Below are positions 11,754 to 23,366 of a stretch of DNA of 33,760 bases, in pieces. Made by a program: the position numbers and the translations under genes. Within the stretch, counting starts at the first letter, position 1. Each line of letters starts with the position of its first letter. The notes under the pieces are model-generated. The model was not told the DNA's origin. It saw only the letters and a program-made list of their open reading frames with translations, and did no database searches. Source of the DNA: Candidatus Sysuimicrobiota bacterium (GTDB lineage: Bacteria > Sysuimicrobiota > Sysuimicrobiia > Sysuimicrobiales > Sysuimicrobiaceae); assembly GCA_040289515.1 (NCBI GenBank), contig PSLI01000024.1:1-33760 (forward strand). The letters are read 5' to 3'.

Positions 11754-12491
11754 CTACCCGCGAAGGGATCGGAGCACCCGCGCTGACCGCAGGGGCCGGT
11801 CCGCCCGAGCCTCCCCGTACGACACCACCGCGGCCACGAGCTGTGTACCCGCGTGCGGGGAGATCCGCAGCCGTTCTGCTTCCTCGGGGGAAGCGCGCAG
11901 GAGGAACCGGGCCGCTGCTGCCGCCTCCCCGCCCAGCCGGCTCGCCCGCGGATCCGGCTGCGCACACCGAACGCAGCAGAACCCGCCCCCCTGCGGGCTC
12001 CACAGGTCCGGAGAGGGCCTGCCCCCGCAACCCGGGCATCGTTCGACAGCGGGCCCGTAACCCAGCTCACAGAACAGGCGCAGCCCGTACCACGCCGCGG
12101 CCACCGCGGGGTCCTGCAGGTGCAGCAGCCGCAGGGCCTCCACCAGGAGGGCGAAGGCCTCCGGGTGGGGTTCTGCTTCCGGCAGCAACTGTACCGTCAG
12201 CTCCGCCACCAGGCACGCGTGGCCCAGGCGCCCTAGATCTTCCCGCAGGTCCGCGTGCCCTTCTACCACCTCCACCTGCGCCACCACGTCCAGGCTCCGG
12301 CCCCGCGCCAAAAGAAAGCGACCGTGGGTGAAGGGCTCCAGCCGACCCGCCAGGCGGCTGGTGGTCCTACGCACCGCCTTGGCCTTCGCCCGCAGCCGGC
12401 CGAACTCCCGGGTCAGCAGGTCCACCACCCGGTCCGCCTCACCGAGGCCGTGCCGGCCCAGCACCACCCCCTCCGCTTTGTACAGCGGCAC
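11754..12491 (-). CDS. recO: DNA repair protein RecO
   Basis: EGVVL...GEADRVV.LLTREFG, LAGRLEPF, CPGC...CVRC zinc motif; usual position upstream of glyQS. Confidence 0.95.
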   Translation of the reverse strand: MPLYKAEGVVLGRHGLGEADRVVDLLTREFGRLRAKAKAVRRTTSRLAGRLEPFTHGRFLLARGRSLDVVAQVEVVEGHADLREDLGRLGHACLVAELTVQLLPEAEPHPEAFALLVEALRLLHLQDPAVAAAWYGLRLFCELGYGPAVERCPGCGGRPSPDLWSPQGGGFCCVRCAQPDPRASRLGGEAAAAARFLLRASPEEAERLRISPHAGTQLVAAVVSYGEARADRPLRSARVLRSLRG

Positions 12492-12500
12492 GGCACCCTC

Positions 12501-13820
12501 CTACTGCAGGAAGTGCAGCAGGCGCGAGGCCAGCCACAGGAACACCGCGAACCCCACCACGTCCTGAAAAGCCGTCTCAAAGGGGCCCGCGGTGGTGGCA
12601 GGGTCAAACCCCAGCCGCTTGGAGACCAGGGGGAACAGGGTACCCATCAGCCCCGCGGTCAGCATGGCGGCCCCTTGCGCGGCACCAATCACCAGACCGA
12701 AGGAGGCCTTGCCCGACCACACCACCGCGATGCTCGCCAACACCGAACCCACCACGCTGGCCATGAGGGCGGTGGTTGCCAGCTCCTTCCGCACCGCGGC
12801 CCACCACCCCTTCAGGGTCACGTGCCCGGTGTCCAGGCCCCGCACCACGATGGCCGCCGCCTGCAGCCCCACATTCCCCGAGATGGCGGAGATGATGGGC
12901 ATGAAGGAGGCCAGCAGGATCACCTGCTGCAGCACCTGGCCGAACCGGGCGATCACGAGCCCCGCGAACAGCTCCACCCCCAGGGTGATGAGCAGCCACG
13001 GTAGGCGTAGCCGCGCCACCTGCGCGGGAGGTCGGCGGGCCATGGCCTCTGCGTCGGTCCCCACCAGACGCGCGTAGTCCTCGGTGAACTCCTCCTGCAG
13101 GACGTCCAGGACGTCGTCCACGGTGATGATGCCCAGCAACCGGTCCCGGTCGTCCACCACGGGCAGGGACACGAAGTCGTACCGCTGCACCAGGCGCGCG
13201 GCTTCCTCCTGGGGCGCATCCGCACGTACCTTCACCACGTCCCGGGTCATGAGGTCCTGCACGAGGGTGTCCGGGCGGCTGAACACCAGGCGGTACAGGG
13301 ACAGCACCCCCAGCAACCGCTGGGTCTGCGGGTCGGTGACGTACACGTAGTGCACGGTCTCCGCAGTCTCCGCGGCGCGGCGGATGACCGCCAGCGCCTC
13401 CGCGGCGGTCATGTCCGGCCGGACCACGATGCAGTCCGGGGTCATGAGGCTGCCCGCGGTCCCCTCGGGATAGGCCAGCAGCCCCTTGAGGGCTCGGGCG
13501 CGGTCCTTCTCCATCTCCGTAAGGAGGGTCTCGGCTTCCTGCGGTGCCAGCTCCTCCAGCACGTCCGCGGCGTCGTCGGGGGGCATCTCCTCCAGCACGT
13601 CCGCGGCCTGGGTACGGCTCAGCTTCAGCAGCAAGCGCGCGGCGTCGCGGGAGTCCAGCTCCGCCACCAGGTCCGCCACCGCGTCCTGCCCCAGCCGCGC
13701 CACCAGCTGGGCCAGCGTTGGAGGCTCCAGGGCCAGGAGGAAGTCCGCTAGTTCCTGGGCGGACAGGGACCGAAGCCGGTCGACACTGACCGTCTGTGGG
13801 TCGGGAATGGTAGGGACCAC
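12501..13820 (-). CDS. mgtE: magnesium transporter MgtE
   Basis: Helical N-domain, TAGSLMT, tandem CBS (LPVVD..RLLGIITVDD), RLPWL, GNVG, DPA; GTG start behind GGAGG. Confidence 0.95.
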   Translation of the reverse strand: MVPTIPDPQTVSVDRLRSLSAQELADFLLALEPPTLAQLVARLGQDAVADLVAELDSRDAARLLLKLSRTQAADVLEEMPPDDAADVLEELAPQEAETLLTEMEKDRARALKGLLAYPEGTAGSLMTPDCIVVRPDMTAAEALAVIRRAAETAETVHYVYVTDPQTQRLLGVLSLYRLVFSRPDTLVQDLMTRDVVKVRADAPQEEAARLVQRYDFVSLPVVDDRDRLLGIITVDDVLDVLQEEFTEDYARLVGTDAEAMARRPPAQVARLRLPWLLITLGVELFAGLVIARFGQVLQQVILLASFMPIISAISGNVGLQAAAIVVRGLDTGHVTLKGWWAAVRKELATTALMASVVGSVLASIAVVWSGKASFGLVIGAAQGAAMLTAGLMGTLFPLVSKRLGFDPATTAGPFETAFQDVVGFAVFLWLASRLLHFLQ

Positions 13821-13871
13821 GACTCGCCTCCAGGCGCGCCCTCCGCCGAAGGGCGCCGGGGCGGCCGGGTT

Positions 13872-13946
13872 TTAGGTCGCGCCGGGCGACCTCCAGGCGG
13901 GCGAGGGATAGGTTTCTGCCAGCCTGCCTGAACTGCCGCTCGTCAT
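13872..13946 (-). CDS. candidate mgtE leader peptide (24 aa uORF)
   Basis: ATG...TAA encoding MTSGSSGRLAETYPSPAWRSPGAT between the putative promoter and mgtE; no SD, starts about 9 nt after the putative -10. Confidence 0.4.
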   Translation of the reverse strand: MTSGSSGRLAETYPSPAWRSPGAT

Positions 13947-13955
13947 CGCGGCCGT

Positions 13956-13986
13956 ATTATCCTGGATTGGACCGCCCCCCTGTCAA
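13956..13986 (-). promoter_or_regulatory. putative mgtE promoter
   Basis: Perfect TTGACA (13986-13981), 19 nt spacer, GATAAT (13961-13956); spacer is longer than canonical. Confidence 0.45.
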
Positions 13987-14019
13987 GGCGGTAGGCCCGG
14001 CTGGAAGGAGGGAGGTGGC

Positions 14020-14769
14020 ATGCTGCACGCGGTGCGGGTGCTTTTGCCGCACCCCGGGGAGGAGCCCCTAGAGGAGGTGTACACGCAGTTGGACCTTCCC
14101 GAGCTGGCGGAGCGCCCCTTCGTGTATGTGAACATGGTGGCCACCGCGGATGGCGCCGCGCACATAGGCGGCCGGACGGGAGGAATGGGTGGGGTACTGG
14201 ACCGGGCCGCCTTCCGAAGGCTGCGCGAGTACTGCGACGTGGTGCTGGTGGGTGCAGGCACGGTCCGGGCAGAGGGATACGGGCCCGCGCGCCTGCCTCC
14301 GGAGGCGCAAGACCGCCGCAGACAGCTCGGCCTCGCTCCCACGCCTCGTATCGCTGTGGTGTCCACACGGCTGGACTTACAGCCGCAGTCGCGCCTGTTC
14401 TCCCACCCCAGTAGCCGACCCGTGGTGATTACCACGGAGGATGCGGACCCCGACGGGCGCCGTGCCCTGGAGGAGGTGGCGGAGGTGGTGGTGTGCGGGA
14501 AGGGCTTGGTGGACCTGGCCTGCGCCCTGGCCTGGCTTCGGGAACGCGGGGTGCGCTGGGTCCTGTGTGAGGGGGGGCCGCAGCTGTTCGGACACCTCCT
14601 GGCTGCGGGGCTGGTAGACCAACTGTTCCTTACGGTGGCCCCCCTGGTGGTCGGCGGGCAGGCGGGCCGTATCGTGACAGGCTCGCTTCCGGCTCCCGCG
14701 CGTCTGGAGCTGCGGGAGCTGCGCGCGTACGGCAGTGAGCTGCTGGCGCGCTACGCGGTGGTGCGCTAG
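14020..14769 (+). CDS. RibD C-terminal domain (pyrimidine reductase family) protein
   Basis: NMVATADG, DVVLVGAGTVRAEGY, VLCEGGPQL, VDQLFLTVAP; GGAGGT RBS; no deaminase domain. Confidence 0.9.
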   Translation: MLHAVRVLLPHPGEEPLEEVYTQLDLPELAERPFVYVNMVATADGAAHIGGRTGGMGGVLDRAAFRRLREYCDVVLVGAGTVRAEGYGPARLPPEAQDRRRQLGLAPTPRIAVVSTRLDLQPQSRLFSHPSSRPVVITTEDADPDGRRALEEVAEVVVCGKGLVDLACALAWLRERGVRWVLCEGGPQLFGHLLAAGLVDQLFLTVAPLVVGGQAGRIVTGSLPAPARLELRELRAYGSELLARYAVVR

Positions 14770-15066
14770 CCGTCCTGGCCGCACACGTGCACGCCCAGGT
14801 GGCGGGCCCGGTACATCCGGCATTCCGCGGCGGAAACCAGCGCCTGCACCGGGTACCCAAAGCCAAAACAGCCCGGCGCACCGCGCGCGTGGCCTCTCCC
14901 GGCGGGGTGCCCGGGAGCAGGATCGCGAACTCGTCGCCTCCGTACCGGCACACCACGTCGGATCCCCGCATGGTCTCCTTCAGCTGGCCCCCACCTTCCG
15001 CAGCACCTGGCCCCCCGCCGCGTGGCCGAGGCTGTCGAACTGGTCCAGCTCCCGCTTTGTGGACAC
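14766..15066 (-). pseudogene. decayed GGDEF (diguanylate cyclase) gene remnant
   Basis: Frame-switched pieces in order: ELDQFDSLGHAAGGQVLRKV / LKETMRGSDVVCRYGGDEFAILLPGT / ALVSAAECRMYRARHLG; frameshifts and internal deletions, no sensor domain. Confidence 0.8.
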
Positions 15067-15094
15067 TCCCCCGTGTTCCATCTCGCGGATGTTC

Positions 15095-15817
15095 CTAGCA
15101 ACGGGCGTGCCACGCGGCTACCACAGGGATCCTCCGGAGGACCCGCACGTGGGCGGGAGAGACCGAACATGCATACGCCACGAGCCGGACGCCCTGCCGC
15201 CGGGCGCGGAGGGCAGCATCTGCGAACTCCGGGTCCGATTCCCAGTCCACCCGCAGGCAGTGCGCATCGTCCCGCTGCACGAACCACACCACCCCCGCAC
15301 GCCCGCCGCGACGGCTCACCCGCGCCAGCAGCCGCAGGTGTCGGGCTCCCCGAAGGGTTGGAGCATCTGGAAAGAGGGCCACGCCACCTGCCACCCGGTT
15401 GCAGGACTTGGTCTCCACCAGCCACCACCCGTGGCTGGTCTGCACCCGGAAGTCCACACGTTCGCCATCCAGGCGGAACTCCCGCTGCCACGAACGTACC
15501 CCCTGCACCGGGGGCAGCCCGCCTGCGCGCAAAACAAGCTCCCACAGGCGGTTGGGCAGGTGACTATCGACCCCGACCCACCGCCCCGCATGGCGGATCA
15601 ACAGGAGCCTGCCCCGGGTCCTGGCCTCCGGCCGCCGCGCAGGTACCAGCCGCACAGGGGCCCCCGGAACCAGCAGCTCCTCCATGCGGCCGGAGTTGGG
15701 CAGGTGCACCCTCCACACCTCGCCACGCACCCGCACCTCCGCGGCAAAGCGGTTCACCCGGCGGAGGAACTGGCCCGCCACCAGGGGATGGGGCAGGTCA
15801 AGGCGTACCCACAACAC
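15095..15817 (-). CDS. sfsA: SfsA family DNA/RNA nuclease (sugar fermentation stimulation protein)
   Basis: RVNRF, HLPNSGRMEELL, ETKS, FPDAPTLRGARHL, FVQR.D. Confidence 0.93.
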   Translation of the reverse strand: MLWVRLDLPHPLVAGQFLRRVNRFAAEVRVRGEVWRVHLPNSGRMEELLVPGAPVRLVPARRPEARTRGRLLLIRHAGRWVGVDSHLPNRLWELVLRAGGLPPVQGVRSWQREFRLDGERVDFRVQTSHGWWLVETKSCNRVAGGVALFPDAPTLRGARHLRLLARVSRRGGRAGVVWFVQRDDAHCLRVDWESDPEFADAALRARRQGVRLVAYACSVSPAHVRVLRRIPVVAAWHARC

Positions 15818-18463
<2,646 letters not shown>

Positions 18464-18519
18464 GCGTTGCCTCCGCTCGCAGCTTCACGACCAGTGTACG
18501 GGAGGCCCCCTGCCGCGGA

Positions 18520-19224
18520 CTAGGGCGGCCCCTGCCGGTGCAGGTCCAGCAGGGCTTCCCGCAGGCGCGCCAGCAGATCCTGTTCTCCGTGCGGGCCCGG
18601 CTGCAGGGGAGGTCCAAAGCGGACGGCCACCCGTCGGGGGCGCGGAATCACGCTCCCCAGGGGCAGCGCGCGATCCGTGCCGTAGATCCACGCGGGCACC
18701 ACCGGGGCCCCGCCGCGCACACTGAGCAGGGCCACGCCGCGCCGCAGGGATGCCAGGGGCTGCCCGGTGCGGTTCACGCCGCCTTCCGGGAACAGGGCCA
18801 GGACTCCTCCGGAGTCCAGCACCTGCAGGGCCGCGCGCAAGGCAGCCCCGGTGTACGCACCGGGGTCCAGCTCCGTGCGCCGGACCGGAATGAACCCGTA
18901 CCACCGCACCACAGGCGCGATCACGTGTACAAGGCCGGCCCAGGGCAGGAACCCGGGGCTGATGCGCCAGCCCACCAGCTCCTCCGACCCCACGAACACC
19001 GCGCGCCTGGGAAGGGCAGCCGCCAGTGCCACGGGGTCCAGCCACGAACGGTGGTTGGCGGCTACTATGGCCGGGCCGCGGTCCGGGAAGAACTCCTGCC
19101 CCGCACAACGGAAAGCGAACAGAAACCACAGCAAGCAGCGCACCCCACCCGCCACCAGCCGGTAGTCCCACGTGTGCGCGGGGAGCGCTCCCACGGAAAC
19201 TTCCGGGCCTCTCCGGTTATCCAC
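18520..19224 (-). CDS. PlsC-like lysophospholipid acyltransferase
   Basis: ANHRSWLD (HxxxxD), FIPVRR, LFPEG, PVVP. Confidence 0.88.
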   Translation of the reverse strand: MDNRRGPEVSVGALPAHTWDYRLVAGGVRCLLWFLFAFRCAGQEFFPDRGPAIVAANHRSWLDPVALAAALPRRAVFVGSEELVGWRISPGFLPWAGLVHVIAPVVRWYGFIPVRRTELDPGAYTGAALRAALQVLDSGGVLALFPEGGVNRTGQPLASLRRGVALLSVRGGAPVVPAWIYGTDRALPLGSVIPRPRRVAVRFGPPLQPGPHGEQDLLARLREALLDLHRQGPP

Positions 19225-20491
19225 CCCGCGCCAGCTCTAGCACCAGCGGCAGGACCTCCACCCCCCGCAGCTTCCCCAACCGTCCCCGGGCCGCCGCCGA
19301 CTCGCCGAACCCTCCCGCGCCGTCTTGCGGCCCGCCCGGGCGCCACACAAGAAGGGGAACCGGGTCGTCGGTGTGCGCGCCCACCTCGCACACCGTGGCG
19401 TGGTCTGCGGTGACCACCACCACCACATCCCCGCGCCCCCGCAGACCTTCCCGCAGCGGCCCGAAGAAGTGCGCGTCGATCCCCTCGATGACCGCGCGCT
19501 TCGCCTGCCAGTTGCCGTCGTGGGCCGGCTCGTCCGGCCCCTTGAGGTGCACGTACAGCCCGTCCCACCGGTCCAGCTGCCGAAGAGCCTCCTCCGCCCA
19601 CGCCGCATACACCCTCACGTCCCGGCCGCTCGGCGGCACCTCCACCACCCCCATGCCCAGCAGGCGCGCAATCCCCCGCTCCACGGGCATCTCCACGAAG
19701 CAGGCGAACCGGGCACCCATCCTCTCCGCGAAGGGCGGTACGGGCGGGACGTGGTCGCTCGCGTCCCGCAGAAGCACCAAGTTGGCGGGCGACTCACCCC
19801 GCTGTCGGCGGCGCTGGTTGACGGGGTGCGATTCCAGGACCCGGCGGCTGCGCTCGGCGAACTCGTTCACCAGGTCCGCAGCCCGCGCTGCACCCGGGCT
19901 ACCGTCCAGGGGCACACAGGGCTCCACCTCGTCCCTGACCACGGTCCTAGCCACCCCCAGGACGCCGACCCGGCCGTACGCGGGGTCGGTGTTGGAGATC
20001 TGGCTCGACAGCTGCAACGCGGGGTCGTACAGAACCAGCACGCACCGGTGCCCCACACTGGCCTCGAACCGGAAACTGGCCCCAGACAGGTGTACCTGCT
20101 CCTGCACCGCTTGGGCGAGCTCCCGCGCCTCGTCGCTGCGGAGGCTGCGGCCCACCCGGCGGTCCAAGATCCGCCGCCCTTCCCCCGCGGTGGCGAAGTT
20201 CCCCCGCAGAGCCAGGTTGCCGTCCCGGAAGGGGATGCCCATACCCAGGGCCTCCAGCAACCCCCGGCCCGCATGGTACTGGAAGGGGTCGTAGCCCAAA
20301 ATGGCGGTCACCGCTACGTCCGACTCCGGCGCGATGCCCTCCCCCACGGTAAGCACCAGGCCTTGTTGCCCTTCTGCGGCCAGCGCGTCCAGGTGCGGAG
20401 TGCTGGCCGCCTCCAGGGGCGTCCTACCTCCGAGCCCCTCCACCGGCCGGTCTGCCAGCCCGTCCAGAATCACGTACAGGACCTTCCGCAC
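19217..20491 (-). CDS. apgM: 2,3-bisphosphoglycerate-independent phosphoglycerate mutase, ApgM type
   Basis: ILDGLADRP, TPLEAA.TP.LD, PESD, GRGLLEALG, KGPDEPAHDG, TADHAT; GTG start at 20491 behind GGAGGT. Confidence 0.88.
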   Translation of the reverse strand: MRKVLYVILDGLADRPVEGLGGRTPLEAASTPHLDALAAEGQQGLVLTVGEGIAPESDVAVTAILGYDPFQYHAGRGLLEALGMGIPFRDGNLALRGNFATAGEGRRILDRRVGRSLRSDEARELAQAVQEQVHLSGASFRFEASVGHRCVLVLYDPALQLSSQISNTDPAYGRVGVLGVARTVVRDEVEPCVPLDGSPGAARAADLVNEFAERSRRVLESHPVNQRRRQRGESPANLVLLRDASDHVPPVPPFAERMGARFACFVEMPVERGIARLLGMGVVEVPPSGRDVRVYAAWAEEALRQLDRWDGLYVHLKGPDEPAHDGNWQAKRAVIEGIDAHFFGPLREGLRGRGDVVVVVTADHATVCEVGAHTDDPVPLLVWRPGGPQDGAGGFGESAAARGRLGKLRGVEVLPLVLELARGG

Positions 20492-20502
20492 GCGCCACCT
20501 CC

Positions 20503-21288
20503 CTACGGATCGTCCCGCAGGCGCTCCCACAGCTCGGCCAGGTCATCCACTACCAGCTCGGGCCGCACGGGAGCGCGGGCAGCTTCCTCTGCGGAGGTCA
20601 ACCCGGTCAGCACCAGGGCGGTGCGCATCCCCAACCGTGAAGCGCCGAGGATGTCGGTGGCGATCTGGTCGCCCACCATCAGGGTTTCCTGGGGCGCGGT
20701 ACCGAGCCTCCGGAGCGCCATCTCAAAGGGGTACGGCTCGGGTTTGCCCACCGATGTGGGCTCACAGCCCGTGGCGGTCCGAATGGCGGCCACGATGGCA
20801 CCCGCCCCGGGCCACAGCTCGCCTTCCACGGGCAGGTTGGCGTCTAGGTTGGTGGCCACAAACCGGGCACCCCGCCGGATAGCGGAACACGCGGTGCGCA
20901 GCCGGGCGTAGGTGAATTCCACGTCCAGCCCCACGACCACCGCCGCGGCCTCCGGCTCCTCCGTCAGCGGGTAGCCCGCCCGCCGCACAGCCTCCCGCAG
21001 CCCCTGGCCGCCCACCACCACCACGGGGCCCCGAAGGTCCCAGCTGCGCAGCAGCTCCGCCGCGCACAGGGCGGAGGTGATCACCTGCGCCTCCCCCGCG
21101 CGCACCCCCATCCGCTCCAGGTGCTGTACGTACTGCCCCGGGGTGCGGGTGGAGTTGTTGGTGACGAAGGCGAAGGGGATTCCCCGTCGGGCCAGCCAGT
21201 CCACAAACTCCACCGCACCCGGAAGCGCGCGGCTTCCGCGGTACACCACCCCGTCCAGATCCAGGACGACGCCGCGAGGCAGGCTCAC
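20503..21288 (-). CDS. HAD-IIA (NagD-like) phosphatase
   Basis: DLDGVVY, VTNNS, ATNLD, VGKP, MVGDQIATDI, VLTG. Confidence 0.92.
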   Translation of the reverse strand: MSLPRGVVLDLDGVVYRGSRALPGAVEFVDWLARRGIPFAFVTNNSTRTPGQYVQHLERMGVRAGEAQVITSALCAAELLRSWDLRGPVVVVGGQGLREAVRRAGYPLTEEPEAAAVVVGLDVEFTYARLRTACSAIRRGARFVATNLDANLPVEGELWPGAGAIVAAIRTATGCEPTSVGKPEPYPFEMALRRLGTAPQETLMVGDQIATDILGASRLGMRTALVLTGLTSAEEAARAPVRPELVVDDLAELWERLRDDP

Positions 21289-22154
21289 CCTTCACCCGCG
21301 GAGCGTAGGTGCTCCACAAACTCCGGGGCCAGCTGGCCCGTGTACACCTGGGAGGCGGGTCCCGTCAGGCGCAGGTGGAAGTTCCCTTCCACGAGGACCC
21401 GCAGCACCCCGCCGTCCATCTCCACCTGCACCGCCCGGCCCGTGAGGCCCCGCCGCACGCACGCGGCGGCCACCGCGCACGCGCTGGACCCGGAGGCCAG
21501 AGTTTCCCCCGCACCCCGCTCCCAGATCCGCACCCGGACTCGGTCGGGCCCGCGCACCTGGGCGAACTGTACGTTGGTGCGCTGCGGGAAGAAGGGGTGC
21601 CGCTCCAGGGCCGGCCCCAGTCGGTAGAAGTCCACCTGCGCTAGGTCGTCGGTGAACAGCACGCAGTGGGGGTTCCCCACGTTCACCGCGGTGATCCGCA
21701 AAAGCTCCCCCTCTACCTCCAGGGGCTCGTCCACCGCCTCCCGCACGGGCCCCGCCAGGGGGATCCGGTCGCTGCGGAAGGTGGCCTGCCCCATGTCCAC
21801 CGTTACCTGCACCACGCGCCCGGCTTGCAACTCCAACTGGCAGCGCACCACACCGCCCGGCGTTTCCACGGTGAACTGGGGGCTGCGGGCGTATCCGTGG
21901 TCATACAGGTACCTGGCGAAGATCCTCAGCCCGTTGCCGCTTTTCTCCGCCTCGCTGCCGTCGGGGTTGTAGATGCGCAGACCGAAGTCCGCCCGCTCCG
22001 AGGGCACGCGGACCAGCACGCCGTCGGAGCCCACGCCGAAGTGGCGGTCGCAGAGGCGACGGACGACCTGCGGGGTAAGGGGGAAGTCGAGCTCTCCGCC
22101 CTCCAGCACGAGGTAATCGTTGCCCAGGGCGTGGGACTTGACGAAGCGCGTCAT
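21285..22154 (-). CDS. dapF: diaminopimelate epimerase-family protein (Ser/Ser active-site variant)
   Basis: FVKSHALGNDY, CDRHFGVGSDG, IYNPDGSEAEKSGNG, VGNPH, WERGAGETLASGS; ATG overlaps the ddl stop (ATGA). Confidence 0.88.
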   Translation of the reverse strand: MTRFVKSHALGNDYLVLEGGELDFPLTPQVVRRLCDRHFGVGSDGVLVRVPSERADFGLRIYNPDGSEAEKSGNGLRIFARYLYDHGYARSPQFTVETPGGVVRCQLELQAGRVVQVTVDMGQATFRSDRIPLAGPVREAVDEPLEVEGELLRITAVNVGNPHCVLFTDDLAQVDFYRLGPALERHPFFPQRTNVQFAQVRGPDRVRVRIWERGAGETLASGSSACAVAAACVRRGLTGRAVQVEMDGGVLRVLVEGNFHLRLTGPASQVYTGQLAPEFVEHLRSAGEG

Positions 22155-23236
22155 GCCTGCGAGACCTCCATCCGGATCCGAGCACCTCCCTCGTACACCG
22201 TGCACAGGGCGTTGCGGCGGGCCCACCGCGCCAGGGCCAGGTCCACCAGGCGGCTGATGAGCTCCCGGTACGGGATGCCGGAGGCCTCCCACAGCTTCGG
22301 GTACATGCTGATGGGTGTAAACCCCGGGATGGTGTTCACCTCGCTCACGTACACCCGCCCCGCCGGTTCCAGCAGGAAGTCCACCCGGGCCATCCCGGAC
22401 AGCCGCAGGACGCGGTAGGCCTCTCGCGCGAGGACGCGTACTTCTTCCGCCCGTTGGGGGGAGATTTGGGCAGGGATCACCAGCTCCGCCCCCTGCGGAT
22501 CCAGGTACTTGGCCTGGTAGTTGTAAAAAGCGTACTTCGGCCGAGCGGGACGGACCTCCCCGGGCACGGAGGCAATGGGGTCGTCGTTGCCCAGCACGCT
22601 CACCTCCACCTCCACAGGGTCCGGCACCGCGCGCTCCACGATCACCGCGAGGTCGTACCGCAAGGCGTCCTGGACCGCCCCCGGGAGCGCCTCGGGATCC
22701 TCCACGCGGTGCACGCCCACGGAGGAGCCCAGACGCGTGGGTTTCACGAAGCACGGGTAACCCAGGGTCGCCACCCGCTCCCCCACGCCCTGAGGGTCGC
22801 GTTGCCACCGGTAGGCTTCCACCACGACGAAGGGCACCACGGGCAACCCGGCCTCCCGCAGGAGAGCCTTCTGGACCCCCTTGTCCATCCCCACAGCGGA
22901 GCCCAGCACGTCCGCGCCCACGTAGGGCACGTTCACCATCTCCAATAGCCCCTGCACGGTACCGTCCTCCCCGTAGGTGCCGTGCAGAACGGGGAACACC
23001 ACATCGCAAACGATCTCCTGCCCGCCGGCCACCAGCACCGCCTTGCCCACGCGGTCCAGGCGCAGCCAGACGGGCTGCCCGTCCACCCACCACCGGCCAT
23101 CCTGCCCGATGAACACCTCCACCACCGAAAACCGATCCGGGTCCGCGGCACGCACCACGGAGCGCGCGGAGATGCACGAAACCTCGTGCTCCCCGGAACG
23201 ACCTCCGTACAGCACGGCTAGGGTTAAGCGGCTCAC
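22151..23236 (-). CDS. ddl: D-alanine--D-alanine ligase
   Basis: LYGGRSGEHEVS, FPVLHGTYGEDG, GSSVG, FYNYQAKY, ARVDF, EVNTIPGFT..SMYP; GTG start behind GGAGGAGG. Confidence 0.96.
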   Translation of the reverse strand: MSRLTLAVLYGGRSGEHEVSCISARSVVRAADPDRFSVVEVFIGQDGRWWVDGQPVWLRLDRVGKAVLVAGGQEIVCDVVFPVLHGTYGEDGTVQGLLEMVNVPYVGADVLGSAVGMDKGVQKALLREAGLPVVPFVVVEAYRWQRDPQGVGERVATLGYPCFVKPTRLGSSVGVHRVEDPEALPGAVQDALRYDLAVIVERAVPDPVEVEVSVLGNDDPIASVPGEVRPARPKYAFYNYQAKYLDPQGAELVIPAQISPQRAEEVRVLAREAYRVLRLSGMARVDFLLEPAGRVYVSEVNTIPGFTPISMYPKLWEASGIPYRELISRLVDLALARWARRNALCTVYEGGARIRMEVSQA

Positions 23237-23276
23237 GTTCCTCCTCCACGCGGTGCGGCCCTCCGGCCGCAGTGTG

Positions 23277-23305
23277 ACAATAGGAGGGAGCCCCGGCACC
23301 GTCAA
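23277..23305 (-). promoter_or_regulatory. putative sigma70 promoter of the ddl operon
   Basis: TTGACG-17 nt-TATTGT about 40 nt upstream of the ddl start. Confidence 0.7.
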
Positions 23306-23366
23306 GCGCGGGGCGGCGCCCGACGTACGGAGAAGGCCAAGCTGGTGGGCAGCAGCAGGGCGGAAG

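Noticed and set aside
13821..13950. M-box (ykoK) riboswitch before mgtE
   Set aside because: Conserved M-box sequence elements not recognisable by eye; an Rfam scan would be definitive
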